A DNA stretch of 37,863 bases, from IMG/VR virus record IMGVR_UViG_3300009117_000046, positions 1 to 37,863 of that record. One strand, written 5' to 3'. The DNA comes from a virus. Taxonomy: Duplodnaviria > Caudoviricetes. Shown piece by piece: positions 1 through 8,891 of this stretch. The translations under genes and the position numbers were made by a program. The first letter of the stretch is position 1. Each line of letters starts with the position of its first letter. Below the pieces are notes generated by a model, which ran no database searches, was not told the DNA's origin, and worked only from the letters and a program-made list of their open reading frames with translations.

Positions 1-849
1 TTAACATAAGTCGTTTAAGACTTTTTTCGCGACGCCTATGATCTCTAGCTGGCTGCTATTGAAATCTTTGGAGGAGATGATTATCGGCTCAAAGTCAGCA
101 TTTTCCGCTAAAAGCAATATGGTGGAGCCTTTTTGCTTGAACCTTCTCAGGGCCAGGTCGCTGTCATTGATCCGACAAACTATGATCTGTCCGTCATCCG
201 CATGATCTTGTTTTCGCACCAGGACTTTGCTGCCGCTATAAATATGGGCTCCTTTCATGCTCTCATCGGTTACGGTGAGATAAAAATATTCGTCTGAATT
301 ATCGACATCCGCAAATTCAAAGCCTGAGATATTCTCTTCTGCGAGGATGGAGGCGGAAGAGGGGATTGGGCCCAAAACTGGCACCAGATTATCCACCAAA
401 AATATCTTACCGTCCACCTTGGCCTTTCTATTGCTTTGCCGGAGCCTATTGGTCCAACCTTTGAGTTCGATATCAAAATCCCCGTCGGCGCCTAGGCGTA
501 TAGAATCGATATTGGTATCTATGAAGCGGATATATTCTACAAGGCTAAGCATATTGATATCTTGTTCACCCAGTAATATATCCCTGGTATTCGCCGACAG
601 ATACATATAGTCAAGGAGAGTCTGACGGTTATCTTTGATATAATCCCAAACGTCAAAAGGTGATTTGCCGATCAAAAAATTCATCGGCACATTGAAATAA
701 TCCGCTATCTTTTGGAGCTTCTCAATCTTTGGGGAGCTCTTGCCTTTTTTCCAATCGGAAAAAGTTGAGGCAGTAATACCCGTCTCCTGTGAGACTTGTG
801 CGGCAGTCACATCACAACCTCTTAATAGTTGTAAAAATCTCTCGTACAT
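1..849 (-). CDS. CI/LexA-like phage repressor (XRE HTH + S24-like C-terminal domain, catalytic motifs degenerate)
   Basis: N-terminal HTH (VTAAQVSQETGITASTFSDWKKGKSSPKIEKLQKIADYFNV). C-terminal S24-type segment (VPVLG..ILAEENI..YFYLTVTDESM..LVRKQ..DGQI..ALRRF..AEN..FEPI). Divergent from the rest of the element. Confidence 0.92.
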   Translation of the reverse strand: MYERFLQLLRGCDVTAAQVSQETGITASTFSDWKKGKSSPKIEKLQKIADYFNVPMNFLIGKSPFDVWDYIKDNRQTLLDYMYLSANTRDILLGEQDINMLSLVEYIRFIDTNIDSIRLGADGDFDIELKGWTNRLRQSNRKAKVDGKIFLVDNLVPVLGPIPSSASILAEENISGFEFADVDNSDEYFYLTVTDESMKGAHIYSGSKVLVRKQDHADDGQIIVCRINDSDLALRRFKQKGSTILLLAENADFEPIIISSKDFNSSQLEIIGVAKKVLNDLC

Positions 850-869
850 TTTCTTTCCCCTTCTTAATA

Positions 870-1150
870 AATTAGGATATCATAACTAAAAGCATAAAAA
901 AATAGATATATCATTAAAATAATTAGGATAACCAAAATAAATAAAATTAGGAAATCTCAATAAATAAAGTTGACAAATTAGGATTTCTCAATTATACTGA
1001 ATATAGATTAATGAAATTTCGTATATTCACTAATTTTAGACAAATAAAGCTGATAAGGCAGTATGTATTAATTATATCTTAAATAAGAATATATAGCTTT
1101 TTAGGAGTTATGCTTATTTAGCTTAACATAAAAATTGAGAAATTACAATA
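870..1150. promoter_or_regulatory. Cluster of 18-bp pseudo-palindromic operators (consensus AATTAGGAnnTCCTAATT)
   Basis: Copies at 870-887 aattaggatatcataact, 921-938 aattaggataaccaaaat, 945-962 aattaggaaatctcaata, 976-993 aattaggatttctcaatt and 1133-1150 aattgagaaattacaata, all in the intergenic region upstream of the repressor. Confidence 0.85.
970..998 (+). promoter_or_regulatory. Strong sigmaA-type rightward (early) promoter with an operator filling the spacer
   Basis: TTGACA (970-975), 17 bp, TATACT (993-998). The spacer is the operator aattaggatttctcaatt. Confidence 0.88.
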
Positions 1151-1363
1151 GTTGAGATAAAAATATTGAATTTTAGATTTAATTTTATGAAAAAATTATG
1201 ATATCCGAAAATTATTGACTATGCTACAGGATTGGGGATGTCGCCGACAAGCATGAAATAAAGTTTGGCGAAAGCGGTAGAGTAATTTACTTAAAAGTAT
1301 ATTTAAACGGAATTCAGGGTAAGGTTAATAATAAGACATTTATATTTAGAAGAAAGGAATAAA

Positions 1364-2005
1364 ATGAACAAGCAATTACGTAACGGCTGGCGGATAGTAA
1401 TCATTGCCGCTATGATCCTTACTCTTATTTTGAATTGGGATGAATTACCTTCGCCGGTGATGGCGTCCCGACTCATGGACAAGCCTGTAACTGAAATGCT
1501 TACAGACCAATCAGCAACAAAAGAGAAAGTACCGGAAAACAAGATAGAGGTAGCAGAGGCGGCAGGGGAGAAAAGATATCTGGACATCGCCCTGTCTCCC
1601 GAACTGCAAGATTATACACGCTCAGTTTGCCATAATTACAAAGTTCCTTTTGAACTAGCTTTGGCTGTGATGCAGACCGAAAGCAGTTACCGCCCCGATG
1701 CTGTCAATGGTCAAAGCTATGGGCTGATGCAGGTACACAAAATAAATTGGCCGCGACTTTCGTATAAATTAGGTATTGATGATTTCATGGAGCCTAAAAA
1801 CAATATTCTTGCCGGTGTATACATGCTTTCCGAATTGATCAGCAAATACGGCGAATATGAGGCGGTTTTGCTTTGTTACAATCAGGGAGAGGCAGGAGCT
1901 GAAAGGTGTTGGGAAAAGGAGATATTCAGCACCGCTTATAGCGACAAGGTTCTGAAAATATATAAGGAATTTTTAAATCAGGGAGCCCATCCGGATCAAG
2001 GCTGA
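1364..2005 (+). CDS. Membrane-anchored lytic transglycosylase (SLT domain)
   Basis: N-terminal hydrophobic helix. SLT motifs LALAVMQTESSY (catalytic Glu), SYGLMQV, NILAGVYMLSEL, CYNQGE. RBS aaagga. Confidence 0.85.
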   Translation: MNKQLRNGWRIVIIAAMILTLILNWDELPSPVMASRLMDKPVTEMLTDQSATKEKVPENKIEVAEAAGEKRYLDIALSPELQDYTRSVCHNYKVPFELALAVMQTESSYRPDAVNGQSYGLMQVHKINWPRLSYKLGIDDFMEPKNNILAGVYMLSELISKYGEYEAVLLCYNQGEAGAERCWEKEIFSTAYSDKVLKIYKEFLNQGAHPDQG

Positions 2006-2340
2006 GAGGGTTATCAAAAGAGAGAAGAATTGCATAAGCCGGGGCCCTACTGGCTGCTTAAAAACCGAGTCACCCGGCAACTTTTCCTAATCGGCGGAGG
2101 TTTTGGCTTATAAATAATATCTGTTGAATAAATCATCAGCGATTTATTCGCGCTGGCATAGCCGGCGCAAATCGGATATAATAATCTCTTTTACGCTAAT
2201 AGCTGACGTTACGCTTAACAAAACCATATCTAATGGATGTTTTTTATATCTTTGATCTGCTGATTTTCAGTGGATATTGATTTAGGGCTATGGCGGGGCT
2301 CTTAATTTAAACTTTATAATATAAGATGGAGGATTAAATC

Positions 2341-2709
2341 ATGACAAATATTCTGCTCACAATCAATTCCCCGGAACTTAACCAAGCAATTATGTCACTT
2401 GCCGCGGCAATCAACCCTAAAAATAATGGATCAAAAATTATGCCTGAGGATGGTTTGCCGTTTGAGATGATAGCGGGGGCATGGAAGGAGCCGGAAACAA
2501 CCTTTATGCCTACATATCAGAAAGATCAAAATATGCGGGACTGCAGCATCGAACAATTGATCATGGAAACTATAGGGCTGATTGATGCCGGTTATCGGAC
2601 AGAGCTGTCAGATCTGCTGGCAGATTTAGGAGTATCTTCGCTTGTTTGGCTGCCAAAAGAAAAATATGGAACCTATGCCGCAAGATTACAGGAATGGAGG
2701 CGGTCATGA
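2341..2709 (+). CDS. Phage hypothetical protein (type found upstream of DUF2800)
   Basis: RBS ggagg. C-terminal LSDLLADLGVSSLVWLPKEKYGTYAARLQ resembles genes preceding DUF2800 in Bacillota phages. ATGA coupling with the next gene. Confidence 0.65.
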   Translation: MTNILLTINSPELNQAIMSLAAAINPKNNGSKIMPEDGLPFEMIAGAWKEPETTFMPTYQKDQNMRDCSIEQLIMETIGLIDAGYRTELSDLLADLGVSSLVWLPKEKYGTYAARLQEWRRS

Positions 2710-3848
2710 TGAAAGAACAGCCAAAACAAGCTCTGCTTTCACCTTCAAATGTCAACAAGTGGCTTTTTTGTACGCCTTCGGCCCGTCTGGAGGAACAATT
2801 TCCCATTATAGCCGGTGATTATGCCGGGGAAGGCAGCCTGGCCCATAAGGTTGCGGAATTAAGGCTCAAAGACCGTTTTTATCCTTCAGGGCAAAAAAAT
2901 TTCACCCTGGAGCTGGAAAAATTGCGACAGGACCCTCTTTACCGGGAAGAGATGCCGGAGCATGCCGGTACATATATCAATTTCATAGGTCATATCGCTC
3001 ACTCTTACCCGGAAGCTCCTTATATAGCTATTAAAAAGCGATTGGATTATTCCCATATCGTGCCGGGAGGTTTTAGCACAGTTGACTGTCTGATTATCGG
3101 TGGCGATACCCTTTGGGTGGTGGATTTCAAATATGGCAAGGGGTATGCGGTTTCCGCTTTTGAGAACCCGCAAGTACAGCTTGAGGCGCTGGGGGCTTTG
3201 TCCGTTTACGGACTGCTTTATGATATACGTAAGATCAGGATGGTTATCTGCCAGCCTCGTCTGGAAAATATCAGCCAATGGGAGCTGGCAGCTGCCGAGC
3301 TTGAAGCATGGGGCCAATCGATCAGGCCGCAAGCTCTGGCAGCTTATATGGGTAGGGGGGAATTCAAGCCCGGTCCGTGGTGCCACTTTTGCCGTGCTAA
3401 GGCTCTTTGCCGCGCATATTGTGATGCGCAACTGGCTTTGGAGGGATATGGACGGAGGCCAGCGCCTTCAATCAGCAATGAGGAGATCGGGGAGATTTTG
3501 CTTCGGGCCCAGAATTTTAAAAAATGGCTCTCCGAACTGGAAGAATACGCTTTGGCGGAATGCCTCTCGGGACTACTCATACCCGGTTGGAAAGCGGTGA
3601 TGGGGCGGAGCAACAGGCAGTTTATAAACGTGGAAGAAGCTTTTGAGCTGCTGAAGGAGGCGGGGTGCACTGAGGAGCAGCTTTTTGAGAAGAAAGCGGC
3701 CACGCCAGCGATTTTGGAAAAGGTACTGGGCAAAAAGAGATTTGCTCAGTTCTTATCAGGGCAGGTGGAAATGCCTCCCGGCAAGCCTATTCTCGTGCCT
3801 GAGAGCGACCGGCGGGAGCCGCTGATTAATTGTAGCAGTTGCTCTTAA
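2706..3848 (+). CDS. DUF2800-family PD-(D/E)XK (Cas4-like) nuclease
   Basis: Motifs ALLSPS..KWLFCTPSARLE, EGSLAH, RLDYS, VVDFKYGKG, ENPQ, CQPRL, PGPWCHFCRAK, PGWKAV.GRSNR, GKPILVPESD. Start taken at ATG 2706 after ggagg. Confidence 0.88.
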   Translation: MMKEQPKQALLSPSNVNKWLFCTPSARLEEQFPIIAGDYAGEGSLAHKVAELRLKDRFYPSGQKNFTLELEKLRQDPLYREEMPEHAGTYINFIGHIAHSYPEAPYIAIKKRLDYSHIVPGGFSTVDCLIIGGDTLWVVDFKYGKGYAVSAFENPQVQLEALGALSVYGLLYDIRKIRMVICQPRLENISQWELAAAELEAWGQSIRPQALAAYMGRGEFKPGPWCHFCRAKALCRAYCDAQLALEGYGRRPAPSISNEEIGEILLRAQNFKKWLSELEEYALAECLSGLLIPGWKAVMGRSNRQFINVEEAFELLKEAGCTEEQLFEKKAATPAILEKVLGKKRFAQFLSGQVEMPPGKPILVPESDRREPLINCSSCS

Positions 3849-4064
3849 CTTTTAGCTGATTTTTATAGGCGTTTATGGTTTGCGGAAGTGATATGATATC
3901 TTCTTTAATGAAATTCTCGACAGGCTCAACTGTGTTTGAAGGAAAGAGAAAAGCAGTTTGGGCAGAAGGGATAATAAGAATTCCCGGTCTTCCTGCTTGG
4001 ATGAAAGACGAAGGTCAGGAAGACCGGGAAAGAGAGATTATAATAGTTATGCTGGATTTCAGGT

Positions 4065-4874
4065 TCAGACCTCCAGTTTTGTATTATCGCCGCAGGGGGA
4101 GATGCATTCCGCCGCATAATGGATCCGGGTGACGGCGTAGATTTTTGAGGCGATGGGCAGGCATTTTTGATAATTGAAGATAGTCAGGTTAAGGCCGGTC
4201 TTATTCAAAGAGCTGTGGAAACGGATACCGTCAAACTTTTCCAGCGATTTGATATATTCGGCAATGTATTGAGCAGGGAGATAGTCTTTCAGCTCGCCTA
4301 AAGAGGGTGAAGAAAAGAACTCATTGATGCCCATGATAAAGCCGATTGATTCGGCATCGCTGTCCTCGGGGAGAGAGCGGGGGATGTCGAGCAGGGCAAG
4401 AGGCTCTTTAGCTTTGATTTTGGCGATGCTGACGAATGATTCCAGGACCGGCTTGACCTCGATCATAGCGGTAGCTTCGTTTTCAGATACATAAAGGTAG
4501 CGGATATATTTGGGGTTGGTGCGGCCGTCTTCGGTAATGATCTCCGGGCTTGGCACGAAGCTGTTTTCTTTGTTGTAACCGTAGAATCCGCTTGGGTTTT
4601 GTTTACCAGTTTTGAGAGCGATGGATTGAAGGTGTTTTTGGACCGCGAATTCATAATCGCAGAGCCGGGCGCGGAAATATAATGTGTCCTTAGGAGCATA
4701 AACCTCTTGGAGAGGGCTTTGAAGGCTGCCAACCTTTTCGATATAATGCTTAAAGCGCTCCATGAAAGGGTGCTCGATGAAGAAGCGGTTTTTTTCGATA
4801 AGAGTCTGGCGGAAGTCGAAGGATTCGCGGTATATCTTTTGGGACAGTTCATTGATTTTGGTGGTGTAGTTCAT
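4065..4874 (-). CDS. RES-domain protein (NAD+-degrading toxin/defence-like), accessory
   Basis: LYFRAR, GRTNPKYIRYLYVSENEATAMIEVKP, YLPAQYIAEYIK..FDGIRFHSSL..NLTIFN match the R-E-S pattern. Antisense to the phage genes. RBS aaaggtga before ATG 4874. Confidence 0.82.
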   Translation of the reverse strand: MNYTTKINELSQKIYRESFDFRQTLIEKNRFFIEHPFMERFKHYIEKVGSLQSPLQEVYAPKDTLYFRARLCDYEFAVQKHLQSIALKTGKQNPSGFYGYNKENSFVPSPEIITEDGRTNPKYIRYLYVSENEATAMIEVKPVLESFVSIAKIKAKEPLALLDIPRSLPEDSDAESIGFIMGINEFFSSPSLGELKDYLPAQYIAEYIKSLEKFDGIRFHSSLNKTGLNLTIFNYQKCLPIASKIYAVTRIHYAAECISPCGDNTKLEV

Positions 4875-5384
4875 TGATTCACCTTTGCATTTTGTTTTCT
4901 TGCTTAATTTCACCCCAGAAATTTGATTTTATTTGCCCCATATTTTTCCAATCAACCTGTGAGTGAAGTTAGGGGAGAGTTGCGGTTTTGTGATGAGATT
5001 ATTGCGGGATATGTTAACGAAGAGGCTGGGCTCTAGGTGGTGTCTGCCCTCTATTCCTGTACAGTTATGATGAAGATACCGGTCCCCTGCTCCCTCCCAT
5101 ACTTGGAGAGGCGGGAAAAAGCTTTGGATTGTCAGTGCGGGCGGGGACGGAGTTTTTTGGGGGACTGCGTCCCCCGTACCCCTTATCTAGAACCGGGGGT
5201 AGAAACGCCCGAAGGGAAGCTGTTCGCAGGACCTTCGAAGAGCTTGCTCCTTATTAGTTTAAAGAAGAAATAGCCCCCCGGCTGCATTGATTTAAGCAAA
5301 TAAGGGGATAGAAAAATTCTCAACCTATTAAGTAAATAACCCGCTTTTGGGAAAAGAATAATTTTTGCACGGGGGGTCATAATT

Positions 5385-5780
5385 ATGGATAAGCAAACTT
5401 TGAAGCAATACCAGGTTTTGGAAAAGGAGATCGATTGCCTGAAAAATGAGATCGAGCGTTTGCGGGAGAGCCTTTCCGCGCCTCCTATTCTTGACGGTAT
5501 GCCTAAAGCCCAATCTTATCAGGACCGGATAGGGAACCTTGTGGTAAAGATCGTTGACCTGGATAATATCCTTACTGAAAAGCTTTCTGATCTGGTGGAA
5601 TGCCGCATCAGGATAGAAGAGGCGATAAATACTTTGGAGACCGCTGACAGATTATTGCTGCGCCTTCGCTACATCGAGGGGGAAAAGTGGGAAGAAGTTG
5701 CGGACAAGATGGGTTATAGCTGGCAGGGGATACATCTGCGACATTCCAAGGCATTGAAGAAGATCGAAAACAGTGGATAG
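5385..5780 (+). CDS. Phage late transcriptional activator (RinA/ArpU/DUF1492-like, sigma70 r4-type HTH)
   Basis: N-terminal coiled coil and C-terminal RLLLRLRYIEGEKWEEVADKMGYSWQGIHLRHSKAL. Position upstream of the packaging genes. Confidence 0.85.
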   Translation: MDKQTLKQYQVLEKEIDCLKNEIERLRESLSAPPILDGMPKAQSYQDRIGNLVVKIVDLDNILTEKLSDLVECRIRIEEAINTLETADRLLLRLRYIEGEKWEEVADKMGYSWQGIHLRHSKALKKIENSG

Positions 5781-5897
5781 AAATAGACTATTTTATGTAG
5801 TATTATGGTATCAGACAAATAATCGGAAGCGGCTGGGGAATGCCTTTATTGCGGAGGGAAAAAGAATGATTTATTTGGGATTGGCGAAGAATATTTA

Positions 5898-5926
5898 TTG
5901 ACCTGGTCTCCAAGATATGTTATTTT
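5898..5926 (+). promoter_or_regulatory. Putative sigmaA promoter of the DUF805 moron
   Basis: TTGACC, 17 bp, TATTTT with an extended TG. Confidence 0.5.
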
Positions 5927-5967
5927 GGGATAAGTAATGGGGTAGTTAAGAGAAAGTTGGTGGGCGG

Positions 5968-6417
5968 ATGCGTTATTATTTAGCTGCTTTAAAAAAGTAC
6001 GGGATTTTTGCCGGGCGGGCAAGAAGAAAAGAATACTGGTTTTTTTTGTTAGTTACTTTTATTATCGGAGTCATTGCCTCTTGGATAGATAATTCTTTGG
6101 GGATTGGCGGGAGATATTTTAACGGCTTATACGGCCCGGTACAGTTTTATTATATTATCTTTATTTTTTTACCTACTTTTGCTGTGACGGTGCGGAGGTT
6201 GCATGATCTCAACAAATCCGGCTATTGGTCATTGATCTATCTTATCCCAGTACTGGGTTGGATGTGGCTTTTTATTATGTTGAGCTTTCGGGGAACGAGC
6301 GGGGGGAACCGCTTTGGTCCTGATCCGCTAGTCATTGTTGAGAAACATCCTGAGCCTGATATGCCCGGCACAGGGGAGAACAGCCCCGGGTCTGGCGCCT
6401 CAAAGGAAGATAAATAG
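5968..6417 (+). CDS. DUF805 (YhaH-like) membrane protein, moron
   Basis: FAGRARRKEYW, FLPTFAVTVRRLHDLNKSGYW, NRFGPDP are characteristic DUF805 motifs. Confidence 0.9.
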   Translation: MRYYLAALKKYGIFAGRARRKEYWFFLLVTFIIGVIASWIDNSLGIGGRYFNGLYGPVQFYYIIFIFLPTFAVTVRRLHDLNKSGYWSLIYLIPVLGWMWLFIMLSFRGTSGGNRFGPDPLVIVEKHPEPDMPGTGENSPGSGASKEDK

Positions 6418-6438
6418 TAGTTATTATAAATAATTCAC

Positions 6439-6473
6439 AAAGCAGCTGCCTGCATTAGGCTAGCTGCTTTTTT
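6439..6473 (+). terminator. Intrinsic terminator after DUF805
   Basis: aaagcagct-gcct-gcatt-aggc-t-agctgcttt followed by a T-run. Confidence 0.75.
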
Positions 6474-6807
6474 GATGGGAAAAACCTGTTTGATAGGTTG
6501 CGGGAGCAAACGGAATGCCCGTTTCATATAATGCAGTATATTCAGGGGAAAATGAAGCTATGGAGAATGGGAGGATTCTTCCTCTCATAGCAGACGAACA
6601 ACTTTTTTCATGTGAATATGGTTCATTATCTGTCTGTTTTGAAAAAGTACGCAGGCGGGCGCGGAGAATTTTAACTTGTCTGAAACGCGGCTGTCCTTTG
6701 CAGGATCAGCTGTTTTTTATATGGATCATGTGGGCGCCGAAATACTACCGGAAATGCGGCGAGGGGCGGGGCAGTGGTAGTAATTAAAACAAAAGCGAGG
6801 TGGAGGT

Positions 6808-7338
6808 GTGCCGAAGCTTACGGATAAACAGAAGCGGTTTGTGGATGAATACCTGATCGATCTAAATGGGGCACAGGCGGCTATCCGGGCCGGTTACAGC
6901 CCCAAGAGTGTTGATAAAAATGCCTATAAGATTTTGCAGAGGCCTCATGTGCAGGAATATTTGCGCTTAAGGCAGGAGGAGCTGCAAAAAAAGATCAAGG
7001 TCACGGCGGAGAGCATCGTGGCGGAGCTGGCGAAGATCGGCTTTGCGGACATCGCCGATTTCATCTCCATTGAGGAGGAAGTCAATCCCGAAAGCGGTGT
7101 CTCTTATCGTTATCTGGCAGTCAAACAGACCAAGGACATGCCTCCGGAAAAAAGGGCGGCTATTGCCGGGATCAAGCAGGGAGTCAAGGGAATCGAGATC
7201 AAGCTATACAATAAAGTTGAGGCCCTGGAGCTTTTGGGTAAGCATCTGGGGCTGTTTAATAAGCAGGACGAGGCCAGCCGTGTGGCTTTGAAGAAGCTGG
7301 ACAGTATTTTGTCGAGCATTGAGCAGGCGATGGGGTAA
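6808..7338 (+). CDS. terS: Terminase small subunit
   Basis: KLTDKQKRFVDEYLIDLNGAQAAIRAGYS, ELAKIGFADI, IEIKLYNKVEALELLGKHLGLF. GTG start after ggagg. Confidence 0.93.
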   Translation: MPKLTDKQKRFVDEYLIDLNGAQAAIRAGYSPKSVDKNAYKILQRPHVQEYLRLRQEELQKKIKVTAESIVAELAKIGFADIADFISIEEEVNPESGVSYRYLAVKQTKDMPPEKRAAIAGIKQGVKGIEIKLYNKVEALELLGKHLGLFNKQDEASRVALKKLDSILSSIEQAMG

Positions 7339-7417
7339 GTTTCGTTTTTGGATGGGACAAGCTAGGCATATGAGCATGGGGATGAGCGATACCCACCCCC
7401 TATCCCCTCCCATACTT

Positions 7418-8089
7418 GCTACGGAACTGGCGAAGGTTGCTTACGGGCAGGTGCAGCAGGATGAGCAGGCCTAAGAGCTCGCGGCGTGGGCAAAAGAGGA
7501 TTTGGGGGCGGGAAATATTGCCTACGGGAATAATTTGCCATATAATGGAATCGGCGGGGATATTGACTTGGATAGGGCGATATTGTCGGCGGAACCGGTA
7601 CTGGGGAATATTGGCGGTGTGGTGGAATCGAATCGGGAATATATTAGAAATATAGGTACTGATTTGTGGGGTACTCCTAAAACAGCGGAAGAGCATTGGG
7701 CGAGGAATGAACTCAATTTTTTGCTTACCAGTGATATTGAGTATTATGAAAATGAGGAAAACGGTTGGACTGAATATCCATCTATAGGAACTATTTATCC
7801 TTCAATAGGATTAGATGACAGCAAGGTAAGAAAGTTTGTTTCTCAGGATGGGCATTGTGAAGCAGTATTCTATGGGGATAAGCTGCTTTTGTTGGATAAA
7901 AACCAGCCAAATTATGAAAAATTGAAAGACAATGCTATTATTGACCCGGTAAATGCAGGTACGTATAATTATTATCCAAATAATGCTGCTTTGCATCATT
8001 TATATGATGTAGATCCTTATATCGAATGGGGCAATTGTCCTACGGATGTATCAACAAAAGAGCAAAGAAAAAACGCGCTATTTGAATAA
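7418..8089 (+). pseudogene. C-terminal remnant of a minor-capsid (MuF-like)-polymorphic toxin fusion; the toxin-like domain is open from 7502 to 8089
   Basis: In-frame upstream ATELAKVAYGQVQQDEQA*(TAA 7472-7474) matches the remnant after the portal. The domain RKFVSQDGHCEAVF..DPVNAGTYNY..HHLYDVDPYIEWGN..D resembles RHS/polymorphic-toxin C-termini (from recall). Confidence 0.6.
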
Positions 8090-8137
8090 AATAACTTACC
8101 TATACTATGTAATAAAAATTATGATAGGGAGAAAGTA

Positions 8138-8446
8138 ATGGAAAATAAAAATGATATAGTTAATAAGAAAATAGACTGGACTAATGTAATAAAAATAATT
8201 GACATAGTTATTATTTTATCTTTTATCATGATTTTAGTCCTCTCTTTAATGTTTCTGATGTTTAATAATGCTTTATTATTCTGGATTATTTATTTTTTAC
8301 TTATTGATGCAACTTTGATATTTAATATTATAGTAATGATAAAGCAATTTATAAAAACAAAAACATTTAGGAATATATTTATATTGGGACTGAATATTGT
8401 CATTTTAATTGTATATCTTCATTTTTTCCTTATATGGCTAAGATAA
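8138..8446 (+). CDS. Small 3-TM membrane protein, candidate immunity protein
   Basis: Very AT-rich, three hydrophobic segments, RBS gggag, directly downstream of the toxin-like domain. Confidence 0.6.
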   Translation: MENKNDIVNKKIDWTNVIKIIDIVIILSFIMILVLSLMFLMFNNALLFWIIYFLLIDATLIFNIIVMIKQFIKTKTFRNIFILGLNIVILIVYLHFFLIWLR

Positions 8447-8447
8447 A

Positions 8448-8701
8448 TAATAAATTTGTTTCGCGTGACGAGCATAGAGAAGCGGTGTTTGAAGGTGCAA
8501 CGTTACTTTTGTTGGATACCAATCATCCTAATTATGAAATTTTAAAAGATAATGCAAAATAGACCCGGTAAATGCGGGGACATATAGATCCTTATATCGA
8601 ATGGGTCAATTGTCCTACGTATGCATCAACAAAAGAGCAAAGGAAAAATATGCTATTTGAGTAAAATAACTTATCTATACTATGTAATAAAAATATGATA
8701 G
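8448..8701 (+). pseudogene. Degenerate second copy of the toxin-domain 3' end and its downstream spacer
   Basis: NKFVSRDEHREAVFEGATLLLLDTNHPNYEILKDNAK* then gacccggtaaatgc..gatccttatatcgaatgg..aaagagcaaa..ctatactatgtaataaaaa aligns to ~7830-8127, with a frameshift and an internal deletion. Confidence 0.85.
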
Positions 8702-8841
8702 CCCCAAAGCTACCACCAAAACTATACCGTTAATTGACTGGATTTCTTTTTTTGAAGAAAAGGTGGAACAAGAAAATACGGGTGAAGAATAAAGGTTATA
8801 TACATTTTACATTAACAACCTTGAGTTTATTTGGGGGAAGT

Positions 8842-8866
8842 AAAGCAGCCTATGCGCTGCTTTTTT
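8842..8866 (+). terminator. Intrinsic terminator before terL
   Basis: aaagcagc-ctatgc-gctgcttttt. Confidence 0.6.
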
Positions 8867-8891
8867 CATGCCATAAAACAGAGGCCATAAC

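Noticed and set aside
5306-5328. Additional repressor operator upstream of the late activator
   Set aside because: Only a partial half-site (TCTCAA) matches; too weak.
5356-5385. SigmaG-like promoter GAATA-17-CATAATT before the late activator
   Set aside because: The -10 abuts the start codon, so the transcript would begin inside the gene. Likely chance.
6515-6787. 90-aa ORF upstream of terS
   Set aside because: No recognisable motif, weak RBS, and it spans a terminator-like hairpin. Probably spurious.
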